A stretch of 64,000 nucleotides of DNA from Octopus vulgaris. Taxonomy: Eukaryota. The position numbers and the translations under genes were made by a program. The notes under the pieces were generated by a model. It saw nothing but the letters and a program-made list of their open reading frames with translations. It was not told the origin of the DNA and did not search any database. Where the stretch lies: positions 123,070,001 through 123,134,000 of the forward strand of contig OX597815.1 of assembly GCA_951406725.2 (NCBI GenBank), in the 5' to 3' direction. This document shows, piece by piece, positions 1 through 11,612 of this stretch (positions are counted from its first letter, which is position 1; each line of letters begins with the position of its first letter).

Positions 1-1312
1 AACCAATTAATGTGTGCAGGATCCACTCCTATCAATATTGGCTTTGTTTTTATAGAAATTTTGATTAGCTGGCCTAATAGAGTTATCACCCTTAGCCGTT
101 ATGAAATTTCTAAACGCTTGTATAGGAAGTTTTTGTTTACTAAGTGTATGGATAACCTCAGTGTGTGGGAATTTTCAACACACTTTATCCTGTAGTCATA
201 TACAACGGAAGTGAAGGGGGAGACGATAGGTTTGGACGAACATTCCACTTCGTAACTCCATTCAAATATAATTATTATCTAGCATTAATTTTGTGTTTCC
301 AAATTAGACAGCTAATAGTGGACCCATTGTAATAACTGAGAACCCCTCGATCGAAATCATGCTATGCCCATGACATATATGAGACCCTACTGTATGTGTG
401 TATTTAGTTTGAAGAACGATCTCAGTTCCTGTAAAGAATAGGCACCAGATTTTTAAAGGAAAAAAAATCAACAGAGCAGATGGAGCGACATAGAAAACAG
501 TTACTATCACAGCTTAGTGATGAAATCACTGACCTTAAAACTATCGATCGTAAGTTTAATCTTAACTAGAAATTGCCATGTATAAATGTATACCTTTGTT
601 TCGCGATAAGTTTGCTTTTATTTTCATATTTGGTTCACAAATTGAGTACTTAACGTTGTACTTTTTGTTGTTTAGTCCTGGATTAAACCAGATCTAACAG
701 ATCTATGAGCAAAAGCATTCCAGTCGAGTTATTCCATATCTACATAACCTCATGTATCCTTTCTTTATATATGATGGTAGGTAGAGGTCTACATTTAGTG
801 GGAGCGAGCACATAAAAAGAAGGCGCCGTGACATACCAAACAATTTTTTACTCATTTCTCTTATATTACGAAAAATATTTAATTAGTTATAATATACGTA
901 ATTGAATTCTACATTCATTAGTTTGTGTTTCAATAACAATGTCATTATGTGTCATACTTACAAATACTGATACAGCTAACTAATGAGTTTTTTTTTAAAT
1001 TGTTGAAAAGGCACCAATTATGAAAAATGGGCTCGTGGGAAGCGATCGCTCCCGTTATTCCCCTGCTTACTATGCCACTGATAGTAGGGTGAAATTTGAA
1101 TGAGACTTAGCATCTGTTTCTAGCAGGTCGAGTAACCACGTATAAGCTTCCTCGTTGATTCCTGTACAAATGTGTTGATGAAGGAAATATGCTTCATTAT
1201 CCCAGGGAAGGCATGATGCGATTAACGTTGAATTAGATGTCGACACATGATGAGAACACATAAGATGACATGGCATACTATATTGCAGTATTTACTTAAC
1301 TAACTGATTTAA

Positions 1313-2410
1313 TGTAAGGAACGGAGTTTAAGGAGAGAGACGTGCAATGGAGGCGGTAAGATATGAAGAAGGGTTTGTAGGGAAGATGGTATACAACCTG
1401 AATATTCTGAAGAGTAAAAGTCGTCATAGTAGAAGTATAGAAAAAAACGCAACAGTCGTCACTCGTAAGCGAGTATAACGTAGACTCTGGTGAAATTCCT
1501 CTCTCCCATTTATTATATATACGTGCATTCGAACGTAGCAGGGAACAGCTAGCCTTTGGTCGCTATTTGGACCATTTTGTGTCCACCACTCTGATTGGTT
1601 GGTATTGGCGCAATTTGTCTCTTACTCTGTCACGCCAACTTGCCGTGTATAACCAGTCGGAGGCTCTAAATAGGATTACTCGGGACAGCCTGTTTACAAC
1701 TCTACTTTAGCCTACAGCTTTTCCTCGTCCTGAAGTCTTTGGTTCCAGACCTTAGGGTCTAGCCACTGACCAAAAAGACACAACCAGTTCTAGTGACAAC
1801 GCCAGACAACACCACCACTACCACCACAGCTGCTACGTTGGGACTTACCAACTTTGTCCAATAGCATTACTGCAACCCCCGTCTTCGTCGTCACCGCCAT
1901 CTCTCTACGTACACAGCAAGCGACTCACCTAGGTTCCAACAGTTCACTGTTCGTGAATTACTACACCACGGATCAACAGCGAGTATACAACCTGTATGAA
2001 CTCCTGTACAAGTGACCCAAGCAGCAGCATCACAGCCACGACTTCACGTACGGCATGTACCTGTAACCGGCTCCGCATCATAATACAGACTTCTTGATAC
2101 AGTATTCCAACTACCACGTACTATTAACTACGAGCTGGTATTATCTTTCTTGTGTCTATGTACTTACTTCTCACTTCGATGGCTATAGACTCTTTCACTT
2201 TCATATCGCGATCCTTACATGTTCTTAATACGCGCATACATCTATGCCTACATACACACATACACTTTCTTCTCATGACGGCCTGTCTGTCATTTTGCAT
2301 ACCTGACGCACACACAGACCCACATATCAACAAACGTCCTCTTAATTACTCTACGCGGTTGTGTCTTTCTCTCTCTGGCATATATTTGTTCCACCCAGTT
2401 TCTCTTTATT
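1313..2410 (+). mobile_element. LTR-like dispersed repeat, copy A
   Basis: Starts TG; extended inverted homology to 4290-5501 (37/38 identity at 1581-1618 vs 5302-5339); CCAAT- and TATA-like boxes. Confidence 0.55.
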
Positions 2411-2959
2411 GTAACGGCCGTGTGATGTGGTACTAAATAGCCATTCCCCTCACCTCATATCGCACAGTCATTTACACAAGTATGGCTGAGTAGCAAGCCT
2501 CATGCTTTTGCCAATCGTCTTAGGTGCCTTTGTAGTCACAAACAAACACGGATACTCTTTTGGACTTCACACAGGAAGTCCGAGACCCACAGGAACATTA
2601 AAAATACGACATCTAGAGTTAGTGAGGGCTGTACCAGCACTAGGCTGGTACTCAAATTTACGAGCGTACTGTAGCAACGCAAAATTAAGTGTCTTACTCA
2701 AGACACAACGCACTGCACTTTCTAAGAACCGAACTTACCACTTCATGATCGGGATCTTAATTCCCTAACCACTGAGCCATACACCTTCAGATAACAGGGG
2801 CATAAAATATTGGTTATTTTGATAAGCCTGCCTCCTCGAATAGTAGGATTATTGGCTGCTGTCACTGTTGTTCAGTTACTGTCGTTTCCAGTAGTGTAGC
2901 TAGAGTGTGTGACGCCCAGGGAAGCCTTTGAGTTCCTTCCCACCTTGTGACGTATAACT

Positions 2960-3220
2960 AACTAGCGTTCTGCCGATGAGTATTCTGGTTGATTTGATCA
3001 ACGGAACAGTCTGCTCGTAGAGTGGGAGATTCAACGTAACACAGAATGTGACAAGGCTGGCTCTTTGAAATGCAGGTTCTACTCATTTTTTATTTGCTGA
3101 GTGGACTAGAACAACGTGAAATAAAGTGTCATGCTCAAGGACACAACATACCACTGGGAATCGAATTCACGTCATTACAATCGTGAGTCGAATACCCTAA
3201 CCACTAAGCCACGCGCCTTC
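2960..3220 (-). mobile_element. tRNA-derived SINE
   Basis: Minus strand begins GGCGCGTGGCTTAGTGGTTAGGG (box A)...TTCGATTCCC (box B), then TGTTGTGTCCTTGAGCA core. Related copies near 13470, 19310, 21700-21950, 41130-41440, 48230-48485 and 52445. Confidence 0.8.
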
Positions 3221-4289
3221 ATTCAGGCGCATAAACCTGTTCAATTTTACTCAGTAAACCCAAAAGTGCCACCCCATAAAAGCGTCGCCAGGGGCAGACC
3301 ACATCATCCCCTCTTTTATGAGATACTGGTCGTTTCAACCGTGATCATTTCGTCGTTTTTGTCTGGTATGGTGTATATTATAGGACTATGTTATCCAGAT
3401 ATGCTCTTCGTTCTCTGATATGATATGATCTGGAAGAGATATGACTTCCAGTTCTTGCAGATCTAACAATTGGCTTATGAATTCATTTATTGAAAATAGA
3501 AGCGTGCTTATATGTAACTTCATAAATATAAGCAATAGAGGTGGAAATAGAAGAGAAAGAAACGGTGTTTTGTGAATGATCAAGAGGAAAATATACTTTT
3601 GCAACATCAACATGAATGATATTATTAAAAAATACCTTAACGCTTAATGAGTGTCCAATATTAGCTTCGTTTAGTGAACAAGATGTAAAAACTGCAAGAG
3701 TTCCTCATTATTAATCGATAGGACTGTTTTGGCAGGTTTTTCTTCCAAACAATTTAATTTGGTAACAACAAATCGACACCTGATACACCTGAAGAACTAA
3801 AAATAACCAGAAAGACGAATACACGCTTGGAAACAGAGACAGGAGAATGAGAATACGTAAATAGCGAAAATAGAAAATTTAATCGAGAGAAGTGGGTAAG
3901 GATATAATGAGCGATAAACATGTACAAATGTTTCATCTTATATCAAAGTACAGAAATAATTCTATGGAAAACGATAGCTCATTAACTATTCTATTGCCAA
4001 AGAATGTCTTTGGGATTGCCTTGTGGAAAACAAACCGCCGTGAAATATTTAAGAACAACCCACAACCTGATGCATTTCGTATTACAAAAAATATTCCATG
4101 TTTGTTTCCTAGTGTACACCTCTCCAAATAAATGTTCCTCACTTGTTCAAATAATTTCATTTCACTCTTCAAAAATAAAGAAATATTTCGACACCAAAAT
4201 AACAAAAACATCCTATTTTTCTCTACTCATTTGCTCAAAATTTGTTTTCGAATGCTATAAGCACTACCCTTCCGATCTGGAATTACTCA

Positions 4290-5501
4290 GTAACGTAGAT
4301 AAATGTTGGTCTCATCAATAATAACAAAGATATGCTGATAAAATAATAACGTCGGGTTGTAACCAAATGTAACGATAAAGCATCATAAGATTGTTGATGA
4401 TTGAATAAGATGATATAACGTTAAGTTCTGAAACCAACATATCTATTCTTGTTATTTGACTATCAGAACGTTATTAAGATCAGAGAAAAGTTAAATCTCA
4501 ATGACTTTGTAGAACGACCGTGCGAAAGGAGAGGTGACGAATGAATGACTCTTTTAACACCGCACGGTCGTATTACAATAAAAGTCAAAATATGGATAAA
4601 TGAATAAGAGTGACAGAAGGAATAAGAAAACGACACAACCAGAGAATGTAAGAGAAAGGTTTTATTTAGATGTTAACATGTGGGTAGCAGAGTGTGTGTA
4701 CGTCATGCATACATAATGTGTATGTGTGTGTACAAACAAGGGTGTATGCGTGTGAGATAAAATATAGAGCAATAGAAAGTCTATGACAGGACGCTAGAAG
4801 AAGTTCAGACACAAGTTGAAGATAAATACCAGTTCGTAGTAAGTTAGACAATAGTTGTAGTTCTGTACAAGATGTTGAGGTCACAAGGCAGAGCCGGTTG
4901 AACGCATGTGGTGTAAGCGGTTGTGGCTGCTATGCTGTGTCGGGTTACAGAAGATATTCGCAGGTTAAGCTTACTGTTAACCATGGGGAAGTATTTACAA
5001 ACAGTGAGAAGTTAAACCGGGACGAAGTTGCTGTTGGCGTCATTAAGATGGAGGCGTCGTTAAGATTGAAGGCGACGGTGATGGAGGTCCGGAATGTTGC
5101 GGTGGTGTCATGTCGCTGGGTGCTCTGTGGTCAGAGGTTAGTCCTTAGAAGGACTAGAACCAAAGACGCTCGATTCAATGAATCGCTGTGTTTTATAGCA
5201 AATTAAAGGCTCCAGCAGAGAATTTAGACGTCTGTGTCACGGGACCTTATCAGAAGGTTGCGATTGGTTGGTTTGCACAGTAGCGCGTAATACAGCAAGA
5301 AACAAATTGCGCCAATACCAACCAATCAGAGTAGTGGACAAAACAGAGCCCAAGCGCCGAAAATTAGCTGTTATCTGCTACGTCCGTATTTATGTTATAT
5401 ATGTCAGAGAGAGGGGATGAATTTCACTAAGGGCACGCTACAACTTGAACATACTAGATCAAGCCTTCTCTAACTTTTTATTTGATAAACTCCTTGTCAC
5501 A
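4290..5501 (-). mobile_element. LTR-like dispersed repeat, copy B (inverted relative to A)
   Basis: Homology to copy A; near its 3' end reads CGTTACA-TTTGGTTACAACCCGACGT (LTR end plus degenerate PBS). Confidence 0.55.
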
Positions 5502-5876
5502 AAATTTCATTTTCATTCCACCCCAAACAACTTAACAGAATGTAAACAAATTTCTTTTACACGAGAAAAACAATTTACATGAAAAAAGAATTAGTAAATT
5601 ATAAATGTTTGTAATTTAGAAACAAGGCTAGTAGTTTTGAGGGAAAGTGATTGATCGATACCATCGACTAAGGAGTTGATTGGTACTTTATCTTATCCAC
5701 TCTGAAAAACTGAAAGGCAAAGTTGACATCGACAGGATTTCAGTTTAACTCCTATTTTTCCGACGTTGTAACGATTTTGCCAGTTCAATGCAAACACACC
5801 TCTAATGCTTGTGTTACTTTTTTAGTGTAAAGGATAGGCTTGGTGGGTACGGAGATCATGAATATTAAGTTGCAGG

Positions 5877-6989
5877 CAGGGCCCGCGATAGGGTTGCTGG
5901 CGCCCCGAGTGCAAAATTTTTTTCCGACGAGAGTTCCAGACTCGCAGTAACGAACTCATTTGCATATAGCCAATCAGAGCAGAGCCACCTTTATCTTTTC
6001 TTCCTTTCTAGTCAGCACCGTGTATTCTTTACTCTTTCCCTCTCTACTGGCAGACAGCAATTTCTCCGTCTAGGTTAATTTTTTTTGTCATTGAGCATTG
6101 AGATGGTTGCGAGGTGTGCTAAAAATAACAGCTAAATAAGATTTTTTAATAAATCTTTTAAATTAAAGTTTATTGCCAACATTTCGCTCTTCCAAATTAA
6201 TATGAACATTTATTTACATGAAAGAAAATTACCGGAGAACTTTCATCTAATTCTTCTAAATCTTTCTGTTAAAAATTGTAACGTGTTATTTATCGTATTT
6301 GCATTAAATACTGGTGATTGTAAAGTGTGCTAAAAAATTACAGCTAAATAAGATTTATGAACATAAAATAAAATTACCGGAAACATAAAACGTGTTTACA
6401 AATATTCTTTTCTACTCATGGCACAAGGTCCGAAATTTTGGGGGAGGGGACCAATCGATTAGATCGACCCAGTACGCAACTGGTACTTAAATTTATCGAC
6501 CTCGAAAGGATAAAGGGTCAAGTCGACCTCGGCGGAGTGCTATTTTCAGAATATTGACAACAGGGTATTTATAAAACATTCAAACAGTTTCCGTACTTTC
6601 ATATTCGTCCAAAACATTATCTTTGAGTGCTATAGTAATTCAAACCTACCGCTAACAAGCGTTTGTGTTCAGTATCGATGATATTGGCATCTGAATTAGA
6701 ACACAATACAAGAATCCCATGGTAATCGGAGGTCGCCATTTTAAATGCCAACATTTGTTAACTTGACAAGGTGAAGGTGAGCACTGATTGGCTGTATGCA
6801 TATGAGTACTTTACTGGGGTCCGGAACTCTCGTGGGAAAAAAATTTCGCGCCCCGGAGAAGCTGAAGTTCGGGTGTACAATCTGACGGTCGTGGAAATTT
6901 CCTTGTCTTTGTCACCCCCTCCTTGACGCTCCGTATCACATGATGCCCCGGGCGACTACCCGAGTTGCCGGTACCTTGAGCCGGCCCTG
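5877..6989. mobile_element. Non-autonomous hAT DNA transposon (1113 bp) with nested SINE tail at ~6405-6540
   Basis: TIRs CAGGGCCCGC/CAGGGCCGGC, perfect 8-bp TSD GTTGCAGG (5869-5876, 6990-6997), subterminal inverted repeats ~5910-5980 and ~6780-6850. Confidence 0.9.
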
Positions 6990-7144
6990 GTTGCAGGATG
7001 CCACAAAGCACTATGTTCTTTTCGAAGTGCTTCTTAGTTTGCTTTGTAAACAATGCTTATGGCTTATGACTATACTCAAATTTCACTATATACCAGCTTG
7101 TAAAAGCGTGTAAAATGGGTTCAACAGTTGCACAAACCTTGGGA

Positions 7145-7287
7145 CAGGGCCGGCTCAAGGTACAGGCAACTCGGGCAATCGTCCGAGGCACCATGTACTT
7201 TTTAGCCTACATTTTCAGTTTTTCTCCTTGTGAAAGTTTTTAAAGATAATACTTGTACGGGTGCTAGCAACCCTAGTACCGGCCCTG
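7145..7287. mobile_element. hAT MITE (143 bp), same family as 5877-6989
   Basis: TIR CAGGGCCGG at both ends, perfect 8-bp TSD CCTTGGGA. Confidence 0.92.
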
Positions 7288-7585
7288 CCTTGGGATATTT
7301 TGGTACAGTTTTACGTTAATCTAATTCCATGTAAATGTGGGTATCGATTCAATGAGCGAAAGTAAATTCAATAGATCCTTCTTTAAGAAATGTGTTTCAA
7401 TTTGTGCTTTCCACTTTAACTTCAAATGGAGAAGTAATCCATTCAAGAATTTCCGCGTTTAGAAGATGCTTGAAATTTTGTGGATTAATGTTTGAAATCA
7501 ACATTTGTAAACAGCATTATTTCTTTGGTTTACACGATGACAGAAGCAAACCTACATTAAATTGTTTTCTTGTATTAAATAACTG

Positions 7586-7589
<4 letters not shown>

Positions 7590-7657
<68 letters not shown>
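7590..7657. repeat. (TA)n microsatellite
   Basis: ~33 TA units; shorter ones at ~19945, ~20333 and ~39368. Confidence 0.95.
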
Positions 7658-7660
<3 letters not shown>

Positions 7661-8488
7661 GTGAATCTTGCAAGCATGAAGTGGATTCGATCCACATCCA
7701 CCATAGCCAAATTTAAATTAACAGTTCAACAGAACTTTTCCCATGGTGGAACAATGGTTTTTCTTTGACACCAGTTTTACATTTTCCAGATGCCTTTAGC
7801 TAGGCCGAAATAATGTCTTCACCACTTGAATCCTTTCTAACCTCTTCTACTTCACCAAAAGCTAGAATAGAGATAACAAGACCACCAACTAAATCTATTG
7901 TTCTCAATTATATGTCTATCCTTCTGGATAGTTATAAAAGTAAGGACACCTCAAGCAAAAATCAGTTAGTCACTTCGGTGATGACTCAACGAGTTCAGTC
8001 ACTTCAGTGACAACTCAGTGAGAACGAAGTCTGGCTGACCAGCTACAACCTTGGTCAGAGGGAGAAATGAAGTTTACTGTCAAGAACTGTGAGACAAAAT
8101 TCCACAAACCTACAACTCTCACTAGCTCTAATTCTGTTCACTTACAACATCATTCTATCTCTTTCTGAAATTACTACTAAACAATGAAGAGGATACAAAC
8201 ACAAACTTTACTTCGCAAGCTTTTGGATTTATCATAACCTGCCCGTCGAGGCAAGGTATTGTAACGTAACGGTAAATAAATATTTCCTTAAAACTTCATG
8301 CATTGTTCATCTTTCATATCCTGCAACGTCGTTATAACAACAAATTCTTGTTACAACTGCTGACTCCGACATTTCTTATTATTGTGTACCTAATCAATCT
8401 TACCCGTTACAATTGGTAACTACACTAGTTAAAACCTAACCGTTACAATTGGTGACCCTCGACTTCAACTAAAAACTTTATCGTTACA
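7657..8488 (+). mobile_element. LTR-like element (TG...CA) with tRNA-Trp-type PBS remnants
   Basis: TGTCGTG...CGTTACA termini, TATAAAAG at ~7932, AATAAA at ~8275, TGGTGACCCTCGAC at 8450-8463. Confidence 0.6.
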
Positions 8489-8784
8489 CATATCACAGTA
8501 AAATGTAGGTGGATATTATGATTACTGTCCTGTAACTTCAACCGAATTCTGCGCCAGCTATTGATTTATGTTGGCAATGTCACTTTAGTCCCGAGATAAT
8601 AGCATGAAACTAGATTTTTGTAAATCAGTCGGGAGAAAAAGTACATCAAAACAAATCAAAATATGATTTAATCATATACAAATTACTTAGCTTCATAATT
8701 TATTAATTACTATGCCATGAGGTTCCTTGTTTCATAATTAGAATTAAACATTTTTCCCGTTTCCTCTCTGATTTTATTATATGA

Positions 8785-9340
8785 CGATGGGTGAATTCCA
8801 AAGTCAGATGAAATACACAGACCGTTAAACTTGATATCGGTCCAAAAGGAAACGGAACTCCTTTATTTAAAAAAAAAAGCAAATTTATTGTTTTATTTAC
8901 AATTTAATTAGATTTGTCTCCTTCAGAATACTCTCTTCCATTGTTGAAACGCTACTCCCAGCATTTTTACCAGTTTGGGAACACTTCTTGGGACACGTTT
9001 TCATGGATACTGCGTAGACCTCATAATGAATTTTTCTCGATCACTTCTGTCATCTTAAATCGGTGATCTTTCTTGATGGTTTTCAACTTTGGGAACAAAA
9101 CTGTTAACAGGAACCAAATTCAGATTGTAGGGCTGCCGGGGAACGAGTGTTATATTCTGCTTTGCCAAAAAACAAATAAAAAAAAACAGTCACAGATAAA
9201 AAGTAACACTTGAGCCGGTGCCTTGTAGCACAAATTTTGTTTGTCCATGCATCTGGCCTTTGCCTTCGCTCTGTGTCTCTAAAAACATCTCACAATGTTT
9301 AATCACAAGAACAAGTTAATGATAAACGATGCCCATCTAG
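8785..9340 (-). pseudogene. Degenerate Tc1/mariner transposase remnant
   Basis: Minus-strand W*KCWE*RFNNGREYSEGDK (~8915-8975) resembles the mariner C-terminal W..RW..C....G.YFEGD; many stops. Confidence 0.55.
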
Positions 9341-10821
9341 TCATTTGAGTAACATATACAAATGACTTAGCTTCATAATTCCTCACATTTTCATAAAGTT
9401 ACTAATTTCATTAATGGAATTAAGCAAGATATACAAACATCTTCCTTTCCTTCCTCGGATTTTATTAAAATGACAATTTTAGCTGGAAGGAGGTGTCTCC
9501 GGATCTTTTATTACAACTTCTTACTTCTCATGAGTTGTGTATAAAACGGTGAGCTTTCAATTAATAACGACACTTTATTCTCCCATTAAATAAAATTATA
9601 CAGCGAACTAGATTAATACATCACGAAGAATGCTGTCTGTAGTTGGTTTTTCAACTCAATCGAACTTGGTTTCATGTGCTTCATCAACAAAAATAATGTG
9701 ACATAGCTTTCTGAAAACCTCTCTCCTCTGCTTAAAATGAAAAACATCATGCTATTTATTAACAGAAAGAGGCTCAAACAAGCATTTTTAATTTGCCGCC
9801 TTTGGTGGTCTATTGCGTAACGCGATTGGATACGAGCTCTGCATCCTGTGTAAAAGTAGACCAATCCAAATGCTTGACTCAATCGAGTATTCCAACGTCA
9901 CATGACCGGTCCTATGATTAATCATTAGAGACTTATGCGTGGAGCCTTTTTTTAAAAAAACTATTTAAGTCTAAAACATGCAATTATGAAATGAGTCTCC
10001 CTACACAGTGAACCAAAATAGCTGAGGTGCATTTTTGTTTGCAGTGATGGTCCAACCTATCGAAACTGAATTTTTATTTCGACATCGTTAACCACACAGT
10101 CACTTGTCACGTCATGACACTTTTCAGAAAGTTTTATCAGCAACCTGCTCGACTAACTGACTGTGAGTCGATTCTTTTTCCATCTATCTGTCAATCACGA
10201 CACAAGTTTTGTGGGAATAAGGTGTTTCTTCAATTTTTCTATAAAAATCACAAACTTATACAGATGTCTGCTTTATGGTCTATCAGGAGACGATTTTCAC
10301 AGATCACAACAAATACTTTCGCAACATGATTGTCATCCCTTATCGAGGAAAGTCGTCTACATTTGGGATCACTTTTAGCGGATGTTCTTCGGAATTAAAA
10401 GGCTGGTGCCACTCAAAACATTATGTACGGCTTTAAAAAAAAACAAAGAATTGGGAAGAGCCATAGGCCAGTTGAAACATTTTCCCAATCTGAAACAGAA
10501 TTTCACATAAACATGAAATTCTTAGGGGGGTTTTTAACTTGTGGCAAATACGTGCATGATGACTAACCGACTTTGATGTTATTAAACTGAAGTTCAAGGT
10601 CACTTGTAAATGCCATGCAATCACAAGTATGTTGTACTAGTTGATTAACGCACTGCTTTAAAAGTCCGGTTTTCTTTTTGGATAGAACTAATAAATTTCA
10701 ACGACTACTTGAACTTTGCAGTCCACTTTATGTGAAGTTTTAAATAAGAAGCAGACTGAAATTTATATGAGAGGAGAAAAGGAATCTGTAACATTCATGC
10801 CTTTCTTGAAAATATTAGTGA

Positions 10822-11612
10822 CTAGTGGGACCCGTGAATATTTTACGGAATTAATAGTAAACCTATTGGGTTATTTCTAAAAACTTTATCCAAAAAATCC
10901 TGAAAGTGTAGCCTGTGTAGTGTCTGTATGGAAAGATAGTCACTCATCTGCTACTCATTGAAAAGTGAACGAAATTGGAATACGATGATTACTTAATCCA
11001 CTTTGTCTACTTTATGCCCAATTTTATAGACAATACACACTCATAAAATATTTATTCATTCTTATTTTTCCATTTTCCCCATAAACAAAAAATAATAATA
11101 ATATCGTCGTACATATGATACAACCTTTAGTTAAATTGTATATATCTGCCACGTAAATAATCTTGATTATTTCATGGAATTGCACTTATGCACATGCGTT
11201 AAGTGGTAGGTAAGAAAAACTTCGTTCAATTTTTTAAAAAATACTTTTCACTATCCAGTCACCACCACCATCATCTCTCTCTCCCTTTCTTTACCTTCAC
11301 CATCAGAACATCAGCCCTCTACTAAAATTATATTTTTAACTCTCCTCCTCTACCTTCAACTTTTTTTAACTATGTAATAAATATTATGTTCCCCCTACCT
11401 GACGTCACGGACGCTTCTCTCTCCTTTCTGTCTCACTCTTCACTTTATTTTCTTTTTCTTCTCTTTCCCTTCAACTAATCACGGGAAAGCATTACAGTTA
11501 CATTCCCTCTGCCTCACGTCATGGACGCTTCTCTCTCCCACTTTTTCTTAAATCAAGTGAAAGCATTACCAACGGACTAAGTTACACAATGACAAGCAGA
11601 ATCATTATAAGA
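10822..11612 (-). mobile_element. Non-autonomous Helitron
   Basis: Minus strand A|TCTTATAAT...hairpin CCGTAAAATATTCACGG...CTAG|T. Confidence 0.65.

Noticed and set aside
3120-3220. tRNA-like sequences with box A/B (also 13470, 19310, 52445)
   Set aside because: They continue into SINE core sequence and lack a complete cloverleaf; these are SINE heads, not tRNA genes.
3400-4290. Cluster of short ORFs, possibly an old transposase
   Set aside because: No motif I can assign; frames are broken. A profile search is needed.
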